A DNA stretch of 64,000 nucleotides from Oopsacas minuta. Lineage: Eukaryota; Animalia; Porifera. Shown here one piece after another: positions 1-13,018 of this stretch (position 1 is the stretch's first letter; each line of letters starts with the position of its first letter). Location of the stretch: the NCBI GenBank assembly GCA_024704765.1, contig JAKMXF010000308.1:186001-250000 (forward strand). Reading direction: 5' to 3'. A program made the position numbers and the translations under genes. A model generated the notes under the pieces. That model made no database searches, was not told where the DNA came from, and worked only from the letters and a program-made list of their open reading frames with translations.

Positions 1-3000
1 TGCACGCGCACGCACCACCTTTGTTGGGGCATCCTCGCCAGGAAACACCCAAACCTGAGATTGTGTCTTTTTCTCAGGCTCATAAGAAATTTTCCAACCC
101 CTCCAATTTTCACCCCAAAATTCCTGGACACTATGTTATTTTCCAAGTTATGTATAAAACTATAAATGGAGGTTTAATTTTGTAAAGATATAACGTGAAA
201 CCTCATTTAACATTGTTGCAGCTCGTATTTATAGCTAATTCTAAGAATTTTAATTTCTTTTTGTTCAAAATAATAATATCGAGAATCCTGTACATTTGTA
301 TAAAATCTTGGAGGCAGAGGGATGTTGGCGAAAATCCTGCATAATGGTCACCCTAAAATAGCGTGAAATTTCATTTAACATGGTTGCCTCTCGTGTTGAT
401 AGCCAGTTTAATAAGTTCCTGTATATTTTTCGGAAAGTGAAAGGCATAGCTATGTGAAAGCGAGAGCTTAAATTATCTGCATGCAGGCTCTAAAATGAGT
501 TATGATGTGTAGCGCTCGTACTTTGGGTAAATTCGATTGTTAAGGCTTTCATTGCTAATCACATAATGTTAATGCGTACATGAGGAATTTAGTGTATGCT
601 AGATCCAAGGGCTGATGTTATAAAGAAAGTGGTTTCCAATGTTTCAGTGATGCCAATCATATTCCCAAATTTCGTTGCCCAGTTGAATGATGATGCCTTT
701 GCGACTCAACATTTCACAACTTCATAATCGTCATTGAAAAGCACTAATAGTTGATGGAGCTTTAAAATATTTGTAAATTCACCGGGAAATATCTCACAAT
801 TATTTCTGACGTTATTTATACGTTCCAAAAACTTGGGATACACTTGTGTTAAAGGGTGTGGTCCTTTCTTCCTCATTACTCCCCTGTTTTTATCTGAGTA
901 TTAACTGAGAGTGCTCCACAGTGACTTCACCATAGGCTTTAGAGCAATTTTTCATCATCCCATAAGCTTTCGAAAGTTACCATTAAATTTAGCATAGTCT
1001 GAAACCTGGGAATCATAATTTTCTTGAGAAAATTCCTATTACTTTGTAATCAAGTGTCATGCTTAGTCGATGGCTATAATTGGATTCATTATTCACCTCT
1101 ATTTTATAATTATACATAAGCATAAAATTCTCGCTATCAAATAATAATCATGAGAATGACAGCTCCAAGTTTTAACCTATTATTAGTTCAGAAAATAATC
1201 TTCTCAATTATGATAAGACTAAGCATTTTACTTTGTATATTTTCTCCATGGTTTAGTTAATTTTGACGTCACATAATGTGTCCGGACACATAATACCTTG
1301 GTCTAATTACCCCTCAAGCTCACTGTGGCCAGTCGTGGCCAGGTAATTTCTGGTTTTAGGGTGATTTGTCATAATATTATCTATAACTTAGAACTAAATC
1401 CAACCTCCCCCAAATGAACACCAAGCATTTTAAATAGACCGACCCGTTAATTTTTAAGAATTTCAGAATTTAATAACCTGTGCCCCATCAGTAGAGGCGT
1501 GCTAGCGCCGTCACTGAGCACCTAACTATGATTAAGGAACACAAATTTGAAAATCCATTCAATTCTTCTGGATCGCTGACAGAAATAAATAGTACGGGGA
1601 AATTTTGGAAGCTGATATAGAGCATGCATGAGCTTTGGGGTCTTGGGTACATTTAAAGTGCATAAAATGTATTATGTATCTATGGGTTATTGCATATAAC
1701 TAGTTGATTGACAGCAAAATATTTTTGCTATGGCTTCTATTTTTTTGAGTTATGATGACGTAATCACAATTTGCGATACATGTAAACCAGCGTAAATCTA
1801 TTTAGGTTGGAGTTAGGGGTAACTATATATTATTTACTTATGGGTTAATCACTATTTACAGTAGATTGACCAGATTTAGTATTTAATTTGGCTTCTATTT
1901 TTCTTGTTATGATGACGTAAGCAAATTTCTATAAGTTAAGTTCCGGAAATATCTGTGTTGTTTGAGTTATTTAGATAAAGTGTTCACACTAAAATCATTT
2001 ACCAAGGGTAAAGTGTTTAGATCATAAATTTAACGTTCTTTTTGCTGTATTATTACGGCCATAGCAATTTTATCTAAGAAACGAATATAATTGAAATTTT
2101 AAATTATTCGGGTAACTTGGACGTTTTGCGTGTTCTTAATAAACAACGGTTAATTTCCCGTTAAATTTAAATTTAACTATTGTAGCCTTATTGCGATCCA
2201 AGTGTTTCGTCCTGTCATAGACGCCTCTGTTGCCTCGCCTTTTCCGCAATACAAGTCAGATGGATCAGTGTTAATTAACTTTTGCGCCACTGGGGATATG
2301 CCGTTGCGGATCGCGTTTCTATTATCTGGGCTCGCCGTGATTGGGCTTGCGCAGCCTGAATAGCCTCGGACAGAGGTCCCCACAAGTTTTGATGTACCTT
2401 GTCATTGAACGTTTTTGAAAACTATTTGTATGGAAGTTGAAGAATGAAGGCAAGACGCTACTCAAATATTAACGAATTAAATAATATGTCTTGATCGTTA
2501 GTCTGGTGAAGCAAATTTGCACATTTCAGCCTGCAGGTATGTCCGATTCCTCCACATTACTACACCTATCAGAACATTACAAAACCTATCAGAACTGGAC
2601 AGACAGATCATTACGCTTACTGAAAGCATCACGTTCAGACTTCAATTAGCTGAATTATCTCCGAATTTAGGAGAATTTGCCATCTGAAAGATCAAATATC
2701 TGGATGAAGGAATCGACTACCGTTCTGATTGATGGTTGAGAGAGAAGAAAATCAAATGCTTCCTAGTTATGCATTTAGAATTCGAAATTGTTGCTAGAAA
2801 TTTAGTAAATAAAGTAGTATAATATGAATTGCTTAACAAGTTCTAATTATGCAACCAGTGGGCCTAGAGAGATGGCATTTGGAACATAACAATACTAGCC
2901 TAGGAATTTTTTGCCCTTTCTTTATCAACTCATTCTAACACCTCAGGGACGAACTGTGACTTTGCAAAAAATAGTAACTATTTGCAAAAGTTTTTGTAAT

Positions 3001-4186
3001 TTCGTATAATCGAGCACACCTTAACAAGTTATATCATACAACCAATGTACATAGACAGATGGCATTTGGAACATATTCATTCTAGCCTAATAGGTTTGCC
3101 TTTGAATTGCAAAAAATCGTAAATTTTCAAAGATTTTACAATTTGTGTGCTTCTACGTATTACAGTATAATTCTACCAATTATTGAACCCAATCCAGTTA
3201 CCCTTTTATCTACAATAATATAGAGTTGAAATCGGGTTATTTTGTCCTTTTTATTGCGCTGCCAAAACGACAAGATAACCTGATACACAAATTAATCCAG
3301 TGCTGCCAAGTGAATTCAGAAAAATTTACGGAGATTGACCGAAAAAATTTTGTAAGATCAACCCCCTTTGTAGCTGTTGAGAGCAAGTATCTAAGTAAAT
3401 TTTGAGATATTACTAATTGTTTCTTGTAGATTCATAAAGACAACAATGAATTTACATATCAACGGAAAAACAAACAAACAAACAACAATTGAGACTTAAT
3501 AATATAGATGTTATTTACAATACCATATTCAGACTCAGTATACTCGATTACCCCAGTATAGTCGATAAAAATATGATTCTACATCAATTTTGAAATTTGT
3601 ATACTTTATGTACATAAAAGTAAACAAAGAGTCACAATATGTTGTTTACAATATCATATTCGGACTCAGCATACTCGATTATCCCAGAATAGTCATTGAA
3701 AGTATGATTTAACCTCAATTTTGAAATTTGTTCACTTTACATTCATATAAACAATAATAACTTCACATATGATTAATCCAAAAGTGTGAAAATCGGATTC
3801 AGTATGCTCGACATGTTTATGTGAAGTTTTATTGAATTCTATTAACTTCCTTGATAAACCCGATAATTACATAGTTATGCGACAATTTCAAAATTGCATA
3901 CCGTAAATCCTTTCCTTGACAACGGACAAACAGACAGCCAAACAATATTTGAGATTTGATAATATAGATTTCTATGTCAGCTTTTATATGTTAGTTGCCC
4001 ATTATATAAATATAGTTATAATCACTATTGTTGATGATTGACCAATTAAATTAGTAGCTAAGTGTCATGTAACTAAATGTCGCACTAACCAAATTTCGGC
4101 AATCCCTTCTGAATTAATTTAATTAATAAAAGTGAGTTAAACCTACTGGTTGGCTAGGAATGTAAAAATGAAATTGAAAGTACATA

Positions 4187-5525
4187 CAGGGTGTTCCATA
4201 ATTATTGCCCTATCAGCATTTAGTTTCATTTCATCAATATTTCTAAAATATCGTACAATTGTCTAGTTTTCTTTCATAAATTTATTGACCAACCTTATTA
4301 AGTTAGTTAACTTGATACAACGACTTTCCTTATGTACTAGTCAAAGTAGTATATTTTCTATATCAGTAACAACAATCTAACAAGGTATGGATGTCCAGTT
4401 AGCAAAATTTGAGATTCGAAATCAAGCTCTTATCAAGTTATCGGAAGGTTTTTCCCAAAAGACTGTAGCTGAAATATTTGGAAAAGATATTAGGACCATT
4501 AGACGCTGGTGGGCTAAACATAAACGAAATGAGAGCCTTCAGCACAAAAAGGGTGCAGGACCGCCCAAAAAGCTAAACAGGATATCAAAGATAGTAATCT
4601 CTAAATCTTTAGAGAAAAGGTATAAATCAATCAGGGTATTGGCGTGTATACTTACAAGAATCGGTAATCCTGTCTCTAAAAACACTCCATAGATATTTGA
4701 AGCAGGACCTGGGAGCTTGGGCCTATAAGAGGACTAAATCTCCAAATTGACCGAAAAACAAAAAGAAAGACGATTAAATTTTTGCCTGGAGAAAAGAGTT
4801 TAGACAGTGAATGATTGGAAACGAGTCCTGTGGTCAGATGAATCGCCGTTTGAGGTATTTCATCCATCAAACCGACATAGTGACAGGATCTGGGCACATA
4901 GTAAGCTCAAGGTTCAAAATATTGAAACCGTCAAATATTCCCCGCGGGTTATGGTTTGGGGGATGATGAGCTTCCAGGCTTTGTCTGACCTTCACTTTTT
5001 ACCTCCAAAACAAACTGTGAGTGCAGATTATTATCTTAAAGAAATTCTAGAAAAGACTTGCCGAAATGCACTTAACAGAAAACCTAAGAAGGGCGATTTA
5101 CTAACTAGGAAAATGTTACCAAACATGTCAAAAGATATTTTCCAACAAGACGGAGCTCCTGCACATTCAGCCAAGAGAACCCAAGACTGGTGTAAGAAGA
5201 ATCTAAAATATTTTTGGGGGAAGGGCGAATGGCCGGCGAATTTCCAGACCTAAGTCCAATAGAAAATGTATGGGGAATACTCCAGGATCAACTTGATAGG
5301 AAGACACCTGCTCCAGGATTGGAGGAGTTTAAAAATATGCTAAAATCCGCATGGTCTGAGATATGTCCGAATACTTTGGAAAAGTTAATAGAAGGTATGC
5401 CAAAAAGAATTGAAAAATGTATATTACTAAAGGGTGGATATATAGGAAAGTAATAATATATCTAATAATGATATTTGAATGTTATAGTCATTTACACAAT
5501 AGGGCAATAATTATGGGACACCCTG
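4187..5525 (+). mobile_element. Tc1/mariner-superfamily DNA transposon (DD37E type), full length but inactivated
   Basis: 27-bp TIRs: CAGGGTGTTCCATAATTATTGCCCTAT (4187-4213) and its inverse at 5499-5525, with 1 mismatch. TA dinucleotide on both flanks (4185-86, 5526-27). Transposase inside. Confidence 0.95.
4387..5453 (+). pseudogene. Tc1-like transposase pseudogene
   Basis: HTH-like N-terminus (QKTVAEIFGKDIRTIRRWW) and the motifs WSDESPF, VMVWG, FQQDGAPAH and WPAN[S]PDLSPIENVW. Frameshifts at about 4687, 4746 and 5243, and an in-frame TAG at 4801-4803. Confidence 0.92.
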
Positions 5526-5621
5526 TAATCCATTTTCAATTAAATGAATTTTAATTTTTTCTATTTATAGTAAATACGTCATCCAGCTTCAGGCTAAAAT
5601 TGAGATATATTTTCTAGCTCA

Positions 5622-6386
5622 ATGGCTACATCTCAATTAATCCAGATATCAAAAGAGTGGATAGGTAAGGTAGCTCTAGTGACTGGCGCTTCAGCTGGTA
5701 TAGGTCTCCAATTGTTAAAATCTCTCACGAACAGTGGAATAAGGTGTGTTGGGTGTGCTCGCAATATTTCTAAGATAGAAGAACTTAGCAACGGGGTAAT
5801 AGCTCACAGATGTGACGTATCAAATGATACAGAAGTAAAATTTATGTTTGAAATGCTCCGTGAAAAGTTAGGGGGTGTTGATATACTGATTAATAACGCA
5901 GGACTTTCTCACTACTCTCCTCTCCTTACCGGCTCTACAGAAGAGTGGAGAGAGATGCTACAGGTCAATATACTTGGTCTGTCAATTTGTACACGTGAAT
6001 TTTTACAGCAACTTAAATCACGTTTAGTTGAAACAGGTTATGTAGTCAATTTGTGTAGTATGTCAGGGCATCGTGTCCTAACCGATCCTAATTACCATTT
6101 CTACGCAGCTACTAAATACGCTGTGACAGCTCTGACAGAGGGACTACGTCAGGAGTTGAGAGCTACAGGCTCTGGAGTTAAAGTGAGTCAGATATCTCCT
6201 GGTTTAGTAGACACAGAATTCAAGGGAAGAGCAATGAAGGATATGACTGCTGCTAAAGTATATTATGAATCTAACCCAGTTCTTACTTGTGAAGATATAT
6301 CTCAATCTGTATTGTATCTTCTCTCTACTCCTCAACATGTATCTGTTCATGATATACTCATGAGACCTACTCGCGAACTTAAATAA
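5622..6386 (+). CDS. DHRS11: Short-chain dehydrogenase/reductase, DHRS11-like, 254 aa, intronless
   Basis: TGASAGIG Rossmann motif, NNAG, YAATK catalytic motif, ISPGLVDTEF. The overall layout resembles DHRS11; orthology is not proven. Confidence 0.85.
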   Translation: MATSQLIQISKEWIGKVALVTGASAGIGLQLLKSLTNSGIRCVGCARNISKIEELSNGVIAHRCDVSNDTEVKFMFEMLREKLGGVDILINNAGLSHYSPLLTGSTEEWREMLQVNILGLSICTREFLQQLKSRLVETGYVVNLCSMSGHRVLTDPNYHFYAATKYAVTALTEGLRQELRATGSGVKVSQISPGLVDTEFKGRAMKDMTAAKVYYESNPVLTCEDISQSVLYLLSTPQHVSVHDILMRPTRELK

Positions 6387-6756
6387 TATTAGTCACTAGT
6401 TAATTCATTTGTATTTGTATTTAGTAGCTAGCTAGTATTTTGTCCTATTTCTCCTATTATTAATAGAGAGGAGGGGAATGGACTATTATGTTACTGCTTA
6501 CTCAGTGTAGCAGCCGAGAATATACTTGGGTATAATCTGGCTATACAGTCTGGGATGTGTGAGTCTCTTTTAACCTTATTTATGTTGCTGAGTCATATTT
6601 TTATTCGTTTAGCTCGAATACTAGCAATGATTCTTGTTACAGTGCCTTTTACCTGGATAAGGGTATATTCTGGGCTAGCCCACTTCATCCCCGGGAATAT
6701 TCTATGACGGGATATGATCTAGTCATAGCATTCTATAATCTAGTCTTTCCACCGAG

Positions 6757-7215
6757 ATTCAAAGCCTATTACGAATCTATAATTTCTGACTTGATATTTG
6801 AATTCTACGTAGGCAAGTTACCCCAGATTGAAATTTCCAATCGGATTGGGCAATTTTTACCAGAGTTATAGGTGAATTTCAATTTGTGCCATTTGTGCCA
6901 CCTTTTGCCCAAGGTGGCACAAGTGGCCGCTACCAAGAGGTTATTTTAGAATTCAAGGGTTAGCATAGTCATATCATTCGAAAATATTATTTCAACTTAT
7001 TCCTCCTAACCCTAGTTGATTTCCTTGTAGTGGCGCTTTTTCCTGCTACCTGTGCCACTTTTTTCAAAAAGTGGCACAAGTGGGACAAATTGAAATTCTT
7101 CTATAACTTTGGTATAAATTGTTCAATCCCATTGGAAATTTCAATCTTGGGTAACTCGCCTACGTAGAATTCAAATATCAAGTCAGAAATTATAGATTCT
7201 TAATAGGCTTTGAAT
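6757..7215. mobile_element. Foldback/MITE with long (about 150 bp) terminal inverted repeats
   Basis: 6757-about 6910 (ATTCAAAGCCTATTA...TGTGCCAC) is the imperfect reverse complement of about 7065-7215. Internal palindromes TGTGCCAC...GTGGCACA. No clear TSD. Confidence 0.75.
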
Positions 7216-7639
7216 TACCACATATTTTGATTATCCATAATTATCTAATATTATTAATAATTAACACCTTCAAAAAGTGTAAATCGAAAATATTTTTTTG
7301 AAATTCTTGAAAATCATATGTTATTCTATACAAATTACTAGATAGCAGCTACGAATATAGACTACACAATATATAGGAGCGGGAAAGAGTATACAATTTA
7401 TGACAATATATTTGTGTGTTCAAATACTTTTGTCCCCTGATGTATGTAAACTTATTGTTGTTTTTATGAATATAAATAAATTAAAATGTCCAGTCGACAG
7501 GCTGGTAGTGCAGCTCAGGGTTATATATGTTTGTTCTTTTCAGGGGGGGCACGCCCCCCTGACCCCCCGTGCAGTGTAAATGCTGCAATGCACGGAGCTG
7601 ACTGATCTTGGGCTCCTGGATCAGATAAATATTTCCGGA

Positions 7640-9503
7640 TATTCAATATCATTCGTCACCTAATGTACTTCATGTTCTATCCTCAAATCCTATATGAGTG
7701 TGTCACCATTCGCACTTTGATCTTTCTGTAGCCTAAATAATATGCTATTATCTGCTGACGTCACGAGGTTAAGATTAGAACAATTATCTCCAAGTAGAAT
7801 AGCACTTACAGGTTTTGAATGAGGTTTTAGAACTTGCTTCAAAGTGAAACTTGAATCATCTTCAATTTTATCAGTAGATAACGGCGACTGACCGTCTTCA
7901 CCAGTTATATGTAATAATCGAATAATCCCATCACAAAATCCAGCTATTATAGATAGGCCAGAAGCATCAAACCATAACGGCAACCATGCAACACAAGTAG
8001 GTGCAATATTGAATGTAGTTCTACCTAGAAATTTCTTAGCTTCTATATCATACAATCTAACTCTCCCTCCAATCCACACGTAACAGATGTAGTGAATTCG
8101 GGCTTACAGCTAGGCCAGTGATAGATCCTGAATGGAAGGTGTATAGACGTTCAGGTAGTTTGTGTGTGTCTTACTTGTAGATCTACGCGCCATATGGACC
8201 CTATGTTATCCTGTACACCCAGTAAGTGGGGGTGTCCGAATCGTTTAGTTTGACTAGATGCTTGACACTTGCTCCTGTACATGTAGCTAGCTTAACCTCC
8301 TGCAACGGTATTATCTTAATCAAATCATTATCATCAATGACGTCAGCCTGAGTGATCTCTTCGAAATCCCAAATACAAATGATACCATCGGCTCCTCTGG
8401 TTATAATCTCTCCTTCACGAGAAACACGAACTCTATGTTACCGACGTGACAGGGTTTCTGGTTCTTGCGGCATAACTCTACTTTCACAAGGTCTCCCTCC
8501 CATAGTAACAAGTTCCCCCATTCAGTTCCACTAAGTACTTTACCATCTAGAAATTCAGCATACCCGCTGACGTCAGAAATCTCTTTCTTACCGAACTTAC
8601 CGATATCTCCTTGTAGCTTCAAGCCTGCGAAGGTGGTAACCATCTTCCAGAATCTGATGTGCCCTATTCCACTGGAGGTTAGAATACCTTCATTCTCTGG
8701 TGAGAAGGATACTCTACAAAAGTAAGAAACTCAGGTAAATCTAGGCGACATACGAGAATGGTGGTATTTATATAAAATAAAGATATTCAAATACTGTATT
8801 ACCGGAAATTATATTATTCCAGTGAGGCTATTATTAGAGATAATACGATCAAAATATGTAAAAATTGGTCTGAACCACCCATAATATAAAGTACAATAAG
8901 CATTTTAGAAAGAAAAAACTATCGCAGTGGACAAAACGATAAACCCCCAAAATCCGCATGTACCTGAATATATCCTGAGAGAATGCTTTAGTCCTGAGTA
9001 CAATGGCTTCATGTCTCCAGCCCATACAGTAAGCATAAAATCAGGACTCCCTCCAACAGATGCTATCTTCAATCCATCACCAGGTGAAAGGTCAAATGAG
9101 CATAAGCTGTCTCTGTACCTCCCCTAAGTATACGATCTAATATTAGACCGGGATATGTAAATATGTTTATGACAGGCATCACTCCTTTCTCCGCTACAGC
9201 TATAAACTACTTGGACGGATGCACTGCTAGTGCGCCTAAACCATGACCGCTAGCTGACCAAAGATAGGACAAGTCTCCGGTACTTAGAGTTAGAAAGTGA
9301 ACCAGGTTACCACCGATATACATTACAGTGTCTGGATCTATGACGTATAGGTTACAACGTCGAACTAGGTCATAACCGAATGAATGGTGGAAGGACAGAA
9401 AGGTGGGAGATAGTTTGTGAGAGGCTGGAGTTCTCACGAGACTAGAGTAGTTGTACTCTGGAGCATGGAAGGTGTCTACGAGAGTGGAGTTAAACTCAGA
9501 CAT
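7640..9503 (-). pseudogene. CFAP44: Partial CFAP44/WDR52 copy (N-terminal WD40 region only) with stops and frameshifts
   Basis: Peptides HSFGYD..R.NL, AEKG..P.I, KAFSQDIFR, SGIGHIRFW, TFAGLKLQGDIGKFGK, GKVLSGTEWGNLLLWEG, FHSGSITGLAVSP and LKQVLKPH match CFAP44 as recalled. In-frame TAG at 9207-9209 and several 1-nt frameshifts. GT-AG intron at 8714-8963. Homology ends near 7640. Confidence 0.85.
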
Positions 9504-9939
9504 GTTGATAATACTATAGCAGTATAGCTAGTTATAGAGGAAAATTAATAATATTAGATAATTAATTGTCAGCTATGAACCTGTAAATCCGCCGAATCCG
9601 CATGCGGAACAAATTTAACCTGTTCAAAACGTGTAAACAGGGCCGTAACTGTGAGGGACAGTGACCCTCATTTTAGTGCAGCTCCTATAGGTGTGCTAAT
9701 GGAATGGATGATGTACTATATCCGAGCGATAGTGCGAAATCTAGCAATGAAATGGGCACTCATATACATTCAAGTCAGAGATTTGTACCTCGGGTATGAA
9801 TATTTACAAAGTGAATATTTCACACTTTTTTCGTGAAATTTAAATTTTCATACCTAACTATGAAAATTGCAAAGCATACTAGAGATTAGGTAGTTTGACC
9901 CTGAAAAGAAGCAAAGAAATGACTCTGCTAGAACATGTT

Positions 9940-10987
9940 TTTGTTTGCCAACAACTCTAGTTATCAGTCTGTTGGATACAACGTGATCTGAATTGAAAAC
10001 AAACATACACGGATCACTCCCATCTAGCACTAATACTCTGTCTCTTGTAACCTTGACGTCACGTGGATACTTAAACAAGTCTATTCCTAGCATGTAATGG
10101 AACTTGATTTCTTTAGTTAAGATTTGAATTCTATTATTATTACAATCACATACATACACATTGCTATGCCTATCAGAGACATCTAGACTCCGTGGATGGT
10201 AGAACTGAGCTTCTCCATTCCCTTTACTACCAACACTCTTGATTAGTTTCCCTTCTAGCTCGTACTTATTAATGCAATGACTGCTGTATTGTGTAACAAA
10301 CACTTTATACTGAAATATACAGATACCTATAGGTTGTTTCATCTTCTCACTGAACATGGAGAGATAGTCTCCGTTACTGCTAAATACTTGTACACGATTG
10401 TTGTAATAATCCGCAATGTAAATACTTCCAGTTTAGTAATGTACTGCTATACGTTTGGGACAGTTCAGTTCTCCGGGAGCTATCTTGTCTGAATTATTAC
10501 AGCAGTAAGCAGGAGGCAGCTGTTTAGCCTTGTAGTCAGGTACAACAAACTTCACTTGAGGAGGGAAGGTGCGGGTAGGAGATATATTAGTCTGACCGTT
10601 AAGCTTAATACTCCCTAGCTGTTCTATGTCAATCTCGAATTGATTATTCAATTCAAACCCAATGCTACTTTTCGTATCGACTGATAGTTCCTCGATGTAT
10701 TTATTTATCAGTAATTCTATTGCTCCGAGTGGCTGTAAGTTTATTAGAAGTAAGAGTGCCTGTAATCAACAATTTTGATTTATTCAAAGCTTCCAATAAC
10801 TCTTGCATTTCCTGAGTTTTGCTATTATAATCTTTCTCGATTTCATCAATACGAGAGAGGAGGATACTCTCTCTAAGTTGTAGAGCTTCATGTGACCTCT
10901 TGAAGCAGTCTCTAATCTTCCTTCTACTCCTTTTACTTGTTCGATAAAGTTTCTTTTCACTGCTACGCTAGCCATTTCTTTGTCCAT
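9940..10987 (-). pseudogene. Coiled-coil + NHL-repeat gene, copy A (disabled, 3' truncated)
   Basis: NHL motifs GELNCPK.I, IYIADYYNNRVQVF and VYVCDCNNNRIQIL. Frameshifts in the coiled coil, TAA at 10433-10435, and homology to copy B lost after RVVGK. Confidence 0.88.
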
Positions 10988-11022
10988 CGAATTTATTATC
11001 TTAGAAAACAATTATATTATAT

Positions 11023-11704
11023 ACTAGCCGCAACGCCGCACTCTGGGCGGCTTTTTCTGCTAGTTTCTGCGGAATGCATTTTCGGGCCTTGGCCCTTACG
11101 ATTGTCTTTTGGAGTTTGCGAACGCTACGCGTCCGCATGTAATAGCTCTCAGTGAACAATCAAAAAAATCTATCACATTGCTATACGGCATTCGTTTAAG
11201 TGTTTGTCATGTGATGGTACAATATTGCATTAAGTCAATTCTTCGAGTGTAGTTATTTATATTTAGGAGGTATTAGTACTATTTATACTAAAGTACTTTA
11301 TTAGGTGTTATATATAGATAGCTCAAAAGCTGCCCAAAGGCGGCCCTTTAAGCTAGTTCCTGTGGAAGGCTTTGTCAAGGGCCTTGGAGTAATGCGGAGA
11401 AAGTTGGGTTTACTTTCTCCGCATTATTCCACGGGATCAATAAACTGTGAGTAGTAACTATTGTAATTGGTAGATCTGATTGGCCAACGTTGACCAATCA
11501 GATTCCTCCGAAAATCCATTGATTTATATGGGCGAGGTATGAAAAATTCACATATCTTGTCCAAAAATGGTTCGATTCGAAAATATTTCTTATTTGGAAA
11601 GGTTGGGTACTACTTAATCGACACAAAATTTGGTTCGAATCGTTCCAGGCATCTCTGAGAAAACGCGCGGACACACACATACACTTTGTTTTATATATAG
11701 TGAT
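11023..11704 (-). mobile_element. Helitron-like non-autonomous element (or composite of such)
   Basis: On the minus strand it begins ATCACTATATATAAAACAAAGTGTATGTGTGTGTCC and ends with a GCCGC..GCGGC hairpin plus CTAGT at about 11023. A second hairpin+CTAG terminus lies at about 11330-11357. Classification is by terminal architecture only. Confidence 0.5.
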
Positions 11705-11819
11705 TGAGTTTTAATTTGAGATACACATAAACATACAAAATTTAGGGCCCAGATTATTAGCTAAATTTAGTAATAATCAATTTGTAAGGATATCGAATTC
11801 CCCCACAATGAAGAATAAT

Positions 11820-12757
11820 TACAGCCAACTCCTGTTATATCGATATATCCAAGCTCAACAGACCACGATATTTATTACCTGCTTCAGATAAAATCTGTCA
11901 ACATACTGTACGATGTAAGAAAGAAGGCTTACCTGATTCCAATAAACTATACACTATAAAGGGAGTATTCAATTACTTTGATTGTATGCTAGACTCTCAT
12001 TCTGTACGTATTATCAATGAATTTGAGATTCTCTCAACACTAGAACCTCATCCCAACATTGTATACCATTGCGCTCTCATATACGATAAACCTACACCAA
12101 GTTACGTATGTTCCCCAAAAGTATCATTGGATAATATTGCCCTCTTTTCAGTAAGTGAAAGTTTGCCATATTCCATATGTACATATCTTGGTAGGAACCA
12201 CAAAAATGCAGCTATTGAAACGAAAAGATATGTAGATTGGATGAAACAGGTAATCTCTACGTTTTCCTATCTTTTCGACAAAAATGTATTTCTTCGTAGC
12301 ATTAAGCACGACAATATAATGTATGACCCTGAAATGAATTTGATTAAATTGATGGGATTTGATTCTGCTATCACTTCACAAACTGTTCCTTTCTACACGG
12401 AACTTACTTCGATAGGAGATCTGAACAGCTATCTAGCTCCCGAAATTCTTAACGCAATACCAGGTCCTTGGCTACACTTCTCACTACTCTTGGACGGCTG
12501 GAGCACTGTCCTACGATTTAGCATGTAACCCTTCTCCATTTACAAGTGATCGAGTAGACCCATCACAATACAACAACCATGAAATACCAACTCTAAACTA
12601 TATTTACCCTTATGGCTCTCTGAATAAATCCACCTCCTCTCCTATTCCTCCTATGTACGCTTCACTCGTTATTCGTATGTTATCCTATCGACCCAATGAC
12701 CGTCCTGATCTTCAAGCTATCCTCAGCACGATTGATACTGTCATTACTTCATGCTAA
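11820..12757 (+). pseudogene. PINK1-like protein kinase-fold gene (pseudokinase), frameshifted
   Basis: YTIKGVFNY (beta3 Lys), PHPNIV, RSIKHDN in place of HRDxKxxN, YLAPEIL. After a shift at about 12470: WTAGALSYDLACNPSPF...RMLSYRPNDRP...TSC-stop (12757). The 5' end is uncertain. Confidence 0.7.
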
Positions 12758-13018
12758 TCTTTACCAGTTGAGCTCAAAACTGAGTAACAGTTATCTGTAT
12801 TTGAACTTTTTATTGCCATTTTATTTCTTCTAACCTCCCCCCCAATTGTATATAATTATTTCTTTTGAGATATTTGTTTTGTACTTTTTATATTTAAATT
12901 TATTGTATTATGGAATTCTTGGCTTATAAACGTTGCTTTAATTTGCTCTTTTTTGTTTCAATGATGATTATTTTAGAATTCTCACATTATACCAAGAAAG
13001 TGTCTAGCTTTGGTTATC

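Noticed and set aside
1-1000. Possible decayed transposase with a duplicated MLNE(I/V)SRY segment at the window start
   Set aside because: The duplication (about 195-230 and 365-395) is visible, but no diagnostic motif could be assigned.
2177-2760. Short ORFs or a mariner-like remnant
   Set aside because: Only vague resemblance; no catalytic motif or TIR.
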